From NCBI GenBank assembly GCA_038205935.1, contig JBBRBK010000001.1, positions 1 to 64,000 on the forward strand: a DNA stretch of 64,000 nucleotides, written 5' to 3'. Positions 31,991-41,132 of this stretch are shown one piece after another (within the stretch, counting starts at the first letter, position 1; every line of letters starts with the position of its first letter). Source of the DNA: Campylobacterales bacterium (GTDB taxonomy: Bacteria > Campylobacterota > Campylobacteria > Campylobacterales > Sulfurimonadaceae). The notes beneath the pieces were generated by a model. That model searched no databases. It saw only the letters and a program-made list of their open reading frames with translations, and was not told the origin of the DNA. The translations under genes were made by a program, and so were the position numbers.

Positions 31991-33441
31991 AACTTATACT
32001 TTTTTCTTAGCTCTTGGAGCTTTTTCTTGTCTATGTTCACATTCTGTCCAAGATAAGCTTTTTTCTCTAAAATCTCTATCATTTCCCGCACTTCATCATC
32101 TTCTTTGAACTCTATAAGTTTAGCAAGAAGTGCTTTTGTATCTTTGTGTGAGACAGGCCCCTCACTTTTCTCTCGACGTAAGTAGGGTTTAACGATCATA
32201 AATCCCACACCAAGTAAAAATCCGATAAAAGCTGAAACTCCCATAGCAATATAAGTAAACTCAGAAAAATCTTCTAAAAAACCTTTTGGATTATCGAGAA
32301 CACCTTTTTGAATCTTGAGGGCTTCACCTTTTGCGCTTGCACCGCTATTTCCAACAACATCTACATGTAAGGATTCACTGCGAAGCGTTTTTATTTCATG
32401 TGTTGAAGTATCAAAATATTTGATTTCTATTGGTGGAATCGTAAAACTTTTCTCGCTTACAAATGCTATTTTTTTCGTGTACTGACTATGATAGATCCCA
32501 CTTTTTATAAAGTGTTCAACTTTGGCGTCATCTTCAAATACTGAAACATTTGCCACAAAAGGTTTAAGTGCTCCAACATCCTCAAAATTTGCAACTCCAC
32601 TTAAAGTAAGAGTCGCATTTGCAGCTTCGTTTTGGTTGACTTTTGTTTTATCTATGCTCATATTGAGTTTAATATCACTTCCGACAAGATCCACGCCGCT
32701 AGGCAGTGCTTTGACGTTTACATGTAAGCTGTTTGAGATATATCTATTCCATTTTACATCATTTGCCGCGCCGCCAAAAAAATCATTTTTAACTGTCTGT
32801 TGTGCTAGGCTCATAGTTGCGGGTTTAAGTATTAATTCACCTGCTTTTTGTGCCCCAAGAACATAAGTAATCTTTGTCACAACATAGTCACCATCGACAG
32901 TGTCAGGTTCTTGTTGCTGTTTTTTGATCCAAAACCCGTTCATATCTGATGCCTCAAATTTAGAATCAAGCACTTTCATATCACGGCGGATTTTTGAAGT
33001 AAGCGTTACGCTAAAAGGCTCACCCACGTAAACATCTTTTTTATCACTCGAATATTCCAGAGAAAATTTCTCTTTCGCATCTTTTGAAAGTGGATGAACA
33101 TCAATCTTTATAGGTGCAGTTTTGAGAATTCCGTTATCTGTTTTAATCAAAATAGGATTGATAACACAAGAGTGTTCAGGAGCAAAACTGTATGTAAGTG
33201 TGAGTGTTTTGGTGAATTTGCCATTTACTCCATTGATGCTTGTTTGAGAAGAAGTCCCCAAAACACTCACACCACAAAGCGTAGTAATGGATGGTTTTTG
33301 AAATCTGATATCGCTTACATGTAAGCTAAAATTGACAATATTCCCTGGAGTTATAGCGCTTTGATCGACATCAGCACTTACACCTGCAAAAAGATTTGTA
33401 CTTAAAAATAAAGCTGTTATTATCTTACCAAGGTTTTTCAT
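31987..33441 (-). CDS. BatD-family protein
   Basis: Signal peptide, Ig-like segments (VYVGEP, VNVKALP), C-terminal transmembrane segment; last gene of a MoxR/VWA operon. Confidence 0.8.
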   Translation of the reverse strand: MKNLGKIITALFLSTNLFAGVSADVDQSAITPGNIVNFSLHVSDIRFQKPSITTLCGVSVLGTSSQTSINGVNGKFTKTLTLTYSFAPEHSCVINPILIKTDNGILKTAPIKIDVHPLSKDAKEKFSLEYSSDKKDVYVGEPFSVTLTSKIRRDMKVLDSKFEASDMNGFWIKKQQQEPDTVDGDYVVTKITYVLGAQKAGELILKPATMSLAQQTVKNDFFGGAANDVKWNRYISNSLHVNVKALPSGVDLVGSDIKLNMSIDKTKVNQNEAANATLTLSGVANFEDVGALKPFVANVSVFEDDAKVEHFIKSGIYHSQYTKKIAFVSEKSFTIPPIEIKYFDTSTHEIKTLRSESLHVDVVGNSGASAKGEALKIQKGVLDNPKGFLEDFSEFTYIAMGVSAFIGFLLGVGFMIVKPYLRREKSEGPVSHKDTKALLAKLIEFKEDDEVREMIEILEKKAYLGQNVNIDKKKLQELRKKYKF

Positions 33442-35143
33442 TTGGACTATCCTTTTGTGTTTTCATAGAACCTAGTTTATACATATGCGTTGGAGTTCCA
33501 GAGTTAAGCCTTTGAAGCCATTTTTGCTCCTCTTTATTACTCATACCATTTTGTGCTGGCTTATTCGCACTATTCTCTTGATTTTGCTGGTCTTGATTAT
33601 TTTGCTTCTCTTTGTCTTGCTTGTTTTGATCTTGATTCTCTTTGCTTTGGTCTTTTTGATCTTTGTTTTGCTGGTTTTTGTCTTGATTATTTTTCTCTTT
33701 ATTTGACTGATCTTGCTCTGTTTTATTTTGATCTTTATTCTGCTTATTTTTCTCTTGCTGCTCTTTTAAAAGTTTTTCAACGATCTCTTTATTTATTTTT
33801 GCATCTGCGTCACTTTTGAGTGCGAGTGATTGCTTGTAGGTGTCCACAGCTTGTTGTAATTCGCCTGATTTTGCATAGCTGTTTGCAAGGTTATATAAAA
33901 CTCCCGCCTGCTTCTCTTTGTCCGTAAAATTCACTTTTTTATAAAAATTCGCAGCCTCAGAATATTTTTTATTTTTATAAAGGGAGGAAGCCACGTTATA
34001 GTTTATCTCGTTTCCATCATGATCTTTGAGATATTTTTTATACAAAGAAGTGCTTTCTTGAAAATCAGAATTTTCATACGCTTTTTTTGCATCACCTAGA
34101 AGTTTGAAGTCTAAAAGTCCTGCATGTGATGGTGTGCTAGCCACTAAAACAAGGCCAATAATAAAAGCACTCGGTACATGCACGACTTCACGTTTACTCA
34201 TAGAGCTGATCGCTAAAAGTAAAAGGAACAAAGCAAATCCAATAGGAATAGAAAAAAGCGGTATAAATTTTGTAATCTCTTGAGATTTAAGCGTTTTTTG
34301 CTGTACTTTTGTTTCTATTTCGCTAAGCATCTTTTCGATATCTCGGTCAGAATTCACACCCTCGATGTAAACGCCGCCCGTTTGTGTAGCCAGCGATGAG
34401 ATAGAAGAATTAAGCTTGGAGATGATGATCTTTCCCTTTTGCATCACAAAGCCATTATCAGCTTTTATAGGCGCACCTGAAGAGGTTCCCATGCCAAGTA
34501 TAAACACTGTAATATGGTGCTCTTTGGCATAAGCAATCTCTTCACTAAAATCTTTCTCATCTCCGCCATCACTAAGCACCAACAAATAGCGTTTTTTCTG
34601 CTCTTTCATACTCTCTTCAACGCCAAAGAGAAGCTGCATAAAATCCGTCCCTTTTTCTGTAATAGAACTTGGTTCAAGCTGTTTGACAAGAAAAGAAACC
34701 GCGTCATGATCAAAACTCAAAGGAGATACAAGATAACCTGCCTTTGCAAACGCCACAACGCCAATGCGTTCTGTTGGAGCAAGTGCTAAAAGAGAAAGTA
34801 TCTTATGTTTTGCAAGCTCAAGGCGTGATGGATAAACGTCGGTGGCAAGCATAGAATCAGAGATATCAAGTCCTATCATGATATCCGCACTCTTTGCCTG
34901 CACTTGTACTTTTCCATCAGGAATAACAGGCTCGGCAAGAGAAATTATAAGTAAAATACCGACGACAAAAAAAAGAGCATTTCTCGCGCGAAGACTCATT
35001 CTCTTAGAGTTTACACGCAGTTTTTCCATTACTTCCTCTGAGAAAAAAACTGTCTGTTTCTCCTTTTGTGTCAAAAAAAGTGCAAACAATATAATGAGTG
35101 GAGGCAACATATAATAGATAAATTCAGGATGCAAAAAGGTCAT
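33425..35143 (-). CDS. VWA + TPR protein (BatB/BatC-like fusion)
   Basis: LDISDSMLATDVYPSRL MIDAS; TPR segments (YNLANSYAK); Q/N/K-rich tail ending WLQRL...KPW. Confidence 0.85.
   Translation of the reverse strand: MTFLHPEFIYYMLPPLIILFALFLTQKEKQTVFFSEEVMEKLRVNSKRMSLRARNALFFVVGILLIISLAEPVIPDGKVQVQAKSADIMIGLDISDSMLATDVYPSRLELAKHKILSLLALAPTERIGVVAFAKAGYLVSPLSFDHDAVSFLVKQLEPSSITEKGTDFMQLLFGVEESMKEQKKRYLLVLSDGGDEKDFSEEIAYAKEHHITVFILGMGTSSGAPIKADNGFVMQKGKIIISKLNSSISSLATQTGGVYIEGVNSDRDIEKMLSEIETKVQQKTLKSQEITKFIPLFSIPIGFALFLLLLAISSMSKREVVHVPSAFIIGLVLVASTPSHAGLLDFKLLGDAKKAYENSDFQESTSLYKKYLKDHDGNEINYNVASSLYKNKKYSEAANFYKKVNFTDKEKQAGVLYNLANSYAKSGELQQAVDTYKQSLALKSDADAKINKEIVEKLLKEQQEKNKQNKDQNKTEQDQSNKEKNNQDKNQQNKDQKDQSKENQDQNKQDKEKQNNQDQQNQENSANKPAQNGMSNKEEQKWLQRLNSGTPTHMYKLGSMKTQKDSPNEKPW
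33570..33762 (-). repeat. Low-complexity Q/N/K/D-rich coding repeat in the BatB/C tail
   Basis: KNKQNKDQNKTEQDQSNKEKNNQDKNQQNKDQKDQSKENQDQNKQDKEKQNNQDQQNQENS; boundaries approximate. Confidence 0.7.
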
Positions 35144-36069
35144 TCGTGTCCCCTTTTATTTATCAGATATATATAAAACATCAAACTGAGTAACCCAAAA
35201 AAAAGTGGATAAAAATAAAAATACTGCACATCAGAAAAATTTTGAGATTTGATCTTTGATTTTTCAAGTTTGTCTATATCGTTATAGATAGACTTTAATT
35301 CTGATGCATCCGCTGCCGCGTAAGTTTTGCCTCCAGTTGAACTTGCAATCTGCGTTAAAAGAGCTTTATCAAACTCTCCATCATCTCCTATTCCTATAGT
35401 ATAGACTTTGACTTTTTCTTTTTGAGCCAGTTCAAGCGCTACATGTAAGGGTATTTTTGTAGCTTCAGCAGAGTTGTATCCATCCGTTAAAAGAATGGCT
35501 ATCTTCGTCTTTGCTTTAGAGTTTTTCAGCAAATCCACACCTTGAGCCAAAGAGTCATACAGCGCTGTGGATTGCCCTGCGATGGAGATGTAAAGCTGAT
35601 CAACTACTTTTTGAACGATATTTTTATCATAGGTCAAAGGGGACGCTATAAAAGAGTAAGCGCCAAAAACGACAACTCCGATGTTATCATCAAACCGTTT
35701 TGCGATAAAATCTTTGACAATACTTTTAACAGCGTCAAATTTTGTCGCGTCCACATTTCCTCTGTCAAACCCATGCATACTCATAGAATCAGAAGTATCC
35801 AAGACAAGGGCTATCGCATAACCCTCCTTTGGCGCCATCTTATAAGGCTGATCTTTCACAGGAGACATAAATGCGAAGATGAGCATAACGATAGAGATCC
35901 ATTTGAGCATAAAAAGTAGATTTGAGCGACTCACCGTATCTTTTGCAAAACTTTGAGAATGGGGAAAGTAAAAAGAGGGAAGTTTCATTCGACATAACGA
36001 GGAGCAGGCTATAAAGAAAAATATGACAAAGAAAAACTTCGGATGTTCGAAATAAAAGCCATCAAACAT
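35140..36069 (-). CDS. VWA-domain protein (BatA-like)
   Basis: LDTSDSMS MIDAS; SPLTYD, ILLTDG and KVYTIGIG motifs. Confidence 0.87.
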   Translation of the reverse strand: MFDGFYFEHPKFFFVIFFFIACSSLCRMKLPSFYFPHSQSFAKDTVSRSNLLFMLKWISIVMLIFAFMSPVKDQPYKMAPKEGYAIALVLDTSDSMSMHGFDRGNVDATKFDAVKSIVKDFIAKRFDDNIGVVVFGAYSFIASPLTYDKNIVQKVVDQLYISIAGQSTALYDSLAQGVDLLKNSKAKTKIAILLTDGYNSAEATKIPLHVALELAQKEKVKVYTIGIGDDGEFDKALLTQIASSTGGKTYAAADASELKSIYNDIDKLEKSKIKSQNFSDVQYFYFYPLFFGLLSLMFYIYLINKRGHE

Positions 36070-36460
36070 CAATCATGCCCTTATAAAGTTCAAGATAACT
36101 TCTTTCTTCATACTCAAGAGGTCCAACATCTTTTTTGTATTTATATCTTTCTAGTCGGGCGATAAGGTTAAAGTACATCTCTTCATTTCTAGGCGAATCA
36201 TCTTTAAAAACAAGTCCATATCTCGTGATCTCGTAAGCTGCTTTTTTTGAGTCACTTAAGTCTACATGTAAGAGTTTTTTATAAGTATTTCTTCGAAGAT
36301 TGAGACGATTTTTTGTCTTAACCCACTTGAGTATTAAGTAAATTACACCTGCGAGTACCAATAAAGAAACAATTATCACACCAATGAAAAAATACAAACT
36401 ATGGTCCGGTACTTCTAAAAGTGGTTTTATATCTCTTATTTTTATATCATCTGGATTCAT
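36062..36460 (-). CDS. Small single-pass membrane protein of the MoxR operon (DUF4381-like)
   Basis: IRDIKP N-terminus followed by one transmembrane helix; position between DUF58 and VWA genes. Confidence 0.7.
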   Translation of the reverse strand: MNPDDIKIRDIKPLLEVPDHSLYFFIGVIIVSLLVLAGVIYLILKWVKTKNRLNLRRNTYKKLLHVDLSDSKKAAYEITRYGLVFKDDSPRNEEMYFNLIARLERYKYKKDVGPLEYEERSYLELYKGMIDV

Positions 36461-37290
36461 TATCTTCTCTCAAATACTCTTTTTAAACTCACACTCGCCA
36501 CATCATCGGTATAAACTTTCGTAAACCTTATCCCTGAGTTTCTCAAACTTTCATATAAAGCTTTGTCATGCGCATGCACTTTGGCCGCATAAAGTTTGAC
36601 GCTTTTTTCATTGAAATCACCTTCCAATGTTGACCCGCTCTCAGGATCCATCAAAGAAGAAAATCCCATAACAGGCGGATGTTCTTCGAGTTTATCTCGC
36701 ACAATTATGGCAATGACTTCATGTTTTTTTGCCAAAACTCTTAAATCTGGTACCTGAAAAAAATCTGCGATCAAAATAATAAGCGACTTTCTTTTCAACC
36801 TTTTATACAGAGTGTCTGCCATCAAAGCATAATCCGCTTTTTGATGTAGCGGATCAAACTCCAAAACTTGAGCAACATTTTTTGTGACAAAACTCATCTT
36901 CTTCGTCGGCTTAGAATTGCTAATCATCCTATCCGTAAAAATGTAAGAACTCAGCAGATCTCCATTTTTCAGAGTAGAGAAACTCAGCAGTGCTACGAGC
37001 TCGGCGATCACATCTTGTTTAAATTTTTTACTTCCAAAATAGACACTTCCATTGAGCATCGTTGCGACTACAACGTTAAGTTCTCGTTCTTCTTTAAAGA
37101 TTTTGATGTATGGAGCCTGCATCTTTGCCGTGATATTCCAGTCGATATGGCGGATATCATCTCCGGGCATGTACTCACGAAGCTCTACGAAGTCATATCC
37201 CTCGCCCTTAAAAATGGAAGGATTGTTCCCGCTCATCTCACTAAAGACTTGGCGACGAGCACGAACGAGTATCTTTTTTAATTTACTCAT
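36460..37290 (-). CDS. DUF58-domain protein
   Basis: GEGYDFVELREYMPGDDIRHIDWNITAK and FKEERE motifs. Confidence 0.92.
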   Translation of the reverse strand: MSKLKKILVRARRQVFSEMSGNNPSIFKGEGYDFVELREYMPGDDIRHIDWNITAKMQAPYIKIFKEERELNVVVATMLNGSVYFGSKKFKQDVIAELVALLSFSTLKNGDLLSSYIFTDRMISNSKPTKKMSFVTKNVAQVLEFDPLHQKADYALMADTLYKRLKRKSLIILIADFFQVPDLRVLAKKHEVIAIIVRDKLEEHPPVMGFSSLMDPESGSTLEGDFNEKSVKLYAAKVHAHDKALYESLRNSGIRFTKVYTDDVASVSLKRVFERR

Positions 37291-37298
37291 GATGCTCT

Positions 37299-38246
37299 CT
37301 ACGGAATCGGAACTGTTTTGACAATTTTATCGATTAAAGAATCTGTAGTTATTCCCTCGGCTTCAGCTTCATAAGTCAGAACTAGACGATGATGCATAAT
37401 CTCTTTGACTATATAAGCCACATCAACAGGAGTTACAAAATCTTTTCCTCTTAAAAATGCCATCGCTTTTACTGCTTTAAACATATCGATGCTCACACGA
37501 GGACTTGCACCAAACTGAATATACTCTGCAATATCTTCAAGTCCATACGCACTAGGATTGCGAGATGCTTCTACGAGTTCGATCATATACTCTTCAACCT
37601 CGGCATCTATATGGATAGCTTTTACTGCTTCTTTGAGTTGTATCAGATCTTCATGACTGATCACTGTGTTTATCTGCTCATTTAAACCACTTGAAATACG
37701 TCTTGCTATCTCTAACTCTTCTTCTTTCGTATTGTAACCGACATCAAGCTTGAGCATAAAACGGTCAAGTTGCGCTTCAGGAAGTTGATATACGCCCTCT
37801 TGTTCAACAGGGTTTTGCGTAGCCATAACAAAGAATGGAGGAGAGAGCTTAAAACTCTCCTCGCCAATGGTCACTTGACGTTCCTGCATCACTTCAAGCA
37901 GTGCTGACTGCACTTTTGCAGGAGCACGGTTGATCTCATCTGCTAAAAGTAAGTTTGTAAACACTGGGCCGTGCTTGATTTTAAACTCATTTGTTTTTGG
38001 ATCATAGATCTGAGCACCTAAAATATCTGAAGGAAGTAAGTCTGGTGTAAATTGAACACGTTTAAAATCTAAGCCCAAACTTTGAGAGAGCGCTTTAACG
38101 GTGGTTGTCTTTGCAAGTCCTGGAACACCTTCGATTAAAACATGCCCTTCACAAAGCAGTCCAATAAGGAGTCCGTCTATCATTTTCTCTTGACCTATGA
38201 CGACTTTTGCGACCTCTTTTTTTATCTCGTTTATTTTAGAAATCAT
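37299..38246 (-). CDS. MoxR-family AAA+ ATPase
   Basis: EGVPGLAKT, QFTPDLLPSD, LADEINRAPAKVQSALLE and ATQNP motifs. Confidence 0.95.
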   Translation of the reverse strand: MISKINEIKKEVAKVVIGQEKMIDGLLIGLLCEGHVLIEGVPGLAKTTTVKALSQSLGLDFKRVQFTPDLLPSDILGAQIYDPKTNEFKIKHGPVFTNLLLADEINRAPAKVQSALLEVMQERQVTIGEESFKLSPPFFVMATQNPVEQEGVYQLPEAQLDRFMLKLDVGYNTKEEELEIARRISSGLNEQINTVISHEDLIQLKEAVKAIHIDAEVEEYMIELVEASRNPSAYGLEDIAEYIQFGASPRVSIDMFKAVKAMAFLRGKDFVTPVDVAYIVKEIMHHRLVLTYEAEAEGITTDSLIDKIVKTVPIP

Positions 38247-38349
38247 ATATTTTTCCTATTACGGGTATCTATTGTAAGGTGTAGTATAACTTAGTCGAAG
38301 TAAATAAATACCAAATAACATATAAATCACAAATCTTTTTAAAAAACTC

Positions 38350-38378
38350 TTGACTTTAAAAAAAAGTTTTACTATAAT
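38350..38378 (+). promoter_or_regulatory. sigma70 promoter of the tRNA pair
   Basis: TTGACT-N17-TATAAT. Confidence 0.8.
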
Positions 38379-38408
38379 TCCCATCCACAAACATCCGTGT
38401 TTGTTTCT

Positions 38409-38484
38409 GTCTCGTTAGCTCAGCTGGTAGAGCACGTCACTTTTAATGATGTGGCCGATGGTTCGAATCCATCACGGGACACCA
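38409..38484 (+). tRNA. tRNA-Lys (anticodon TTT)
   Basis: Acceptor stem GTCTCGT/ACGGGAC; anticodon arm CGTCA-CTTTTAA-TGATG; GTTCGAATC T-loop; encoded CCA; 76 nt. Confidence 0.96.
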
Positions 38485-38522
38485 TCGCAAACTTGTTTGC
38501 AAAACTTATCAACCACAATTGT

Positions 38523-38597
38523 GGCTCCATCATCTAATGGTTAGGATTCAAGGTTTTCATCCTTGCCATAGGGGTTCAAATCCCCTTGGAGTCACCA
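38523..38597 (+). tRNA. tRNA-Glu (anticodon TTC)
   Basis: Acceptor stem GGCTCCA/TGGAGTC; anticodon arm CAAGG-TTTTCAT-CCTTG; GTTCAAATC T-loop; encoded CCA; 75 nt. Confidence 0.93.
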
Positions 38598-38648
38598 CTT
38601 TTTCTTTAAACTTCCCTATTTTAAACATTTTTATAAAATTTTACATTT

Positions 38649-40292
38649 TTACTCTTCATCATATCTTTTATGCAGCTCTTTAGCTTGTGTGACTGCTCTT
38701 GCAAATGTTCTATGCATGTACACTTCTCCTATTAATGAGACAATATTATATTTTTGTAAATCTTTAAAAACATTGTCATTTGTACCCGAAGTCAATACCA
38801 CCGTACCATTATCTTTGAGTAGTTTGATAGTTTGTTGAAAATTATGAAGTGCTGTCGAATCGATAAAGCTTACATGTCTCATTCTGATAATTAATATTTT
38901 AGATGAGATACCTCTTTCTTTTATCAACTCTGCATATTGTTTTGCTGAGGCAAAAAATAAAGGACCTCCAATCTCATAAACAGATATCCCTTGTGGAAGA
39001 TTTTCATAGTTTTCTATATCATCTACGTCATCACTTACGATCAGTTCGTGACCATCAACGTCCGCCATTCTTTTCATAAACAAAAGTGCTGATAATACAA
39101 TCCCAACTTGAATAGCAACTGTTAAGTCTACTAGTACAGTCAGTATGAAAGTAGAAAGTAAGACGATGTAATCAAAGGGTGAACCTTTTAAAATAGATAT
39201 AAAAGATTTCCACTCACTCATTTTATAAGCTACGACTATCAAAATTCCTGCAAGACAAGACATTGGTATAAGTTTTGCAAAATCTATAAAAACAAGCATA
39301 ATCAAAAGTAAAACTAAAGAATGTGTTATACCTGCGATTGGTGTTCTTCCTCCATTTTCTACATTTGTCGCTGTTCTTGCGATTGCTCCTGTCGCAGGTA
39401 TTCCGCCAAAAAATGGTGTCACAATATTTGCTATACCCTGAGCAATCAATTCTGTATTGGAGCGATGATTTCCACCAATCATTCCATCTGCCACAACTGC
39501 CGATAAAAGAGATTCGACACCACCGAGTAAAGCAATAATAAAGGCAGGAACCAAGTATGTAGACAAATTTGCTAATTCAAAATTTGGAAGAGAAAAAGTT
39601 ATATCATTAGGTATCGTGCCAAAAAATGTTTCTATCGTTGTAACGGGAAGATGAAGAAAGTGAACTAAAAGGGTGATTGAAACGATGGCAATAAAGGACC
39701 CAGGTATCTTCGTCGTAATATATTTAAAATTCATAGTTATTAAAATTGTACTAACAGTAATGGCTAAAGCATAAAGGTTTGTATCATTGATGTGCTCAAT
39801 ATAAATAACCCATTTTTCGAAAAATGCTGATGGAAGCTTTGCTATATCTAATCCCAATGCATCTTTAATCTGTGTGGTAAAAATAACCAAAGCGATTCCA
39901 CTTGTAAAGCCAACAACCAAGGGATGGGGAAAATATCTTAATAAATTACCTAATTTAAATAATCCAAAGAGAATTAAAATCACTCCCGCCATTATGGTCG
40001 ATATCAAAAGTCCATTTATACCGTATTGCTCAATTATCCCGTATAAAATAATAATAAAAGCACCCGTTGGACCACCGATTTGTACTTTGCTCCCGCCTAA
40101 GAATGAGATGATAAAACCTGCAACGATGGCAGTAATAATCCCTTTTTCCGGTGAAACGCCTGAAGCAACAGCAAAAGCAATGGCAAGTGGTAATGCCACA
40201 ATACCAACAATTGTACCGGCAATAACATCCGCAAAAATTTGTTCTCTTGAAATACCATTTTTAATTAATGTGAAAAATTTTGGCTCAAACAT
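38649..40292 (-). CDS. SulP/SLC26 anion permease with STAS domain
   Basis: VALPLAIAFAVASG, QIGGPTGAF, PATGAIARTATN and GPLFFAS motifs. Confidence 0.93.
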   Translation of the reverse strand: MFEPKFFTLIKNGISREQIFADVIAGTIVGIVALPLAIAFAVASGVSPEKGIITAIVAGFIISFLGGSKVQIGGPTGAFIIILYGIIEQYGINGLLISTIMAGVILILFGLFKLGNLLRYFPHPLVVGFTSGIALVIFTTQIKDALGLDIAKLPSAFFEKWVIYIEHINDTNLYALAITVSTILITMNFKYITTKIPGSFIAIVSITLLVHFLHLPVTTIETFFGTIPNDITFSLPNFELANLSTYLVPAFIIALLGGVESLLSAVVADGMIGGNHRSNTELIAQGIANIVTPFFGGIPATGAIARTATNVENGGRTPIAGITHSLVLLLIMLVFIDFAKLIPMSCLAGILIVVAYKMSEWKSFISILKGSPFDYIVLLSTFILTVLVDLTVAIQVGIVLSALLFMKRMADVDGHELIVSDDVDDIENYENLPQGISVYEIGGPLFFASAKQYAELIKERGISSKILIIRMRHVSFIDSTALHNFQQTIKLLKDNGTVVLTSGTNDNVFKDLQKYNIVSLIGEVYMHRTFARAVTQAKELHKRYDEE

Positions 40293-40427
40293 TCTATTTA
40301 TAATCTTCCTTATGAGTTTTACTATAAGATTTGATATCGAAATTTTACAGCACTTTTACTCTATTTGTCATATGAAACAATAGACAAAAAAAATGGATGG
40401 CACAAAGTAAGATCTTGTGACATTTAC

Positions 40428-40456
40428 TTGACTAGAGAGTCTAAATATAGTAGAAT
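40428..40456 (+). promoter_or_regulatory. sigma70 promoter about 100 nt upstream of the hypothetical gene at 40559
   Basis: TTGACT-N17-TAGAAT. Confidence 0.6.
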
Positions 40457-40558
40457 CCATACATTACAACACTCAATTAAAGGCCCTTAGTTAGGGATGA
40501 AAACACTAGGGTAACTCTTCCTTTGGAGGCACCACTTTACTCACAAAGAAACATTCTT

Positions 40559-41110
40559 ATGAAAACATACTCTATAAATCCACAGACTAAAATGATTACC
40601 ACAAATGATGATTTTGACGGACAAGTCAACAGTATCTACACTTTTTTCAACTCTATTCTTGTAGATAACTCTCAAGCTTTAAATGAACATATTATCTATA
40701 CAGATGCCAATGCTCTTATCTCTACTCAGATTCCCTACTTTATCGGCGAACAGCTTTTTTTAGGAACATCACTCATTATTGGACAAAATGGTTTTGAAGA
40801 GACAGATGTCAAGATAGATGTTGAACAATTAGAAGCGCTCATAAATTATGATGTAAATATGTTTTACAAAAAATCTCTTAACGCCCTTGCTACTGAAGAG
40901 TTAAATCTCTATAAGGTATTTGAAGTCACTGACAATGGAAAGCCCTTACATGTAAGCTACGAATGGGTTATTTATACTTTTAATATGGCAGATGAGAAAA
41001 CACAAGATTACTTTTTAAATACACTCGATGTCACTATCATGGAAGAAAAAAGCGTGCAAGAACACTTTGTAAAAATGGCACAACTTGCAGTAAACGCAGG
41101 AAACAGATAG
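40559..41110 (+). CDS. Hypothetical protein
   Basis: Open frame of about 183 codons; ATG 40559 preferred over TTG 40523; no recognised motif. Confidence 0.7.
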   Translation: MKTYSINPQTKMITTNDDFDGQVNSIYTFFNSILVDNSQALNEHIIYTDANALISTQIPYFIGEQLFLGTSLIIGQNGFEETDVKIDVEQLEALINYDVNMFYKKSLNALATEELNLYKVFEVTDNGKPLHVSYEWVIYTFNMADEKTQDYFLNTLDVTIMEEKSVQEHFVKMAQLAVNAGNR

Positions 41111-41132
41111 AGAAAAAACTCTCTAACTGTTT
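41101..41132. terminator. Hairpin spanning the stop codons of two convergent genes
   Basis: AAACAG-A-TAGAGA-AAAAAC-TCTCTA-A-CTGTTT. Confidence 0.55.

Noticed and set aside
33570..33762. Q/N-rich repeat as a novel element
   Set aside because: Such low-complexity tails are typical of BatC-like TPR proteins.
39874..40383. 169-aa plus-strand ORF
   Set aside because: Antisense shadow of the hydrophobic SulP gene.
40364..40424. TTTGTC-N13-GACAAA inverted repeat and an adjacent imperfect hairpin upstream of sulP, considered as an operator or fluoride riboswitch
   Set aside because: The arms are short in AT-rich DNA and the fluoride riboswitch consensus is not met.
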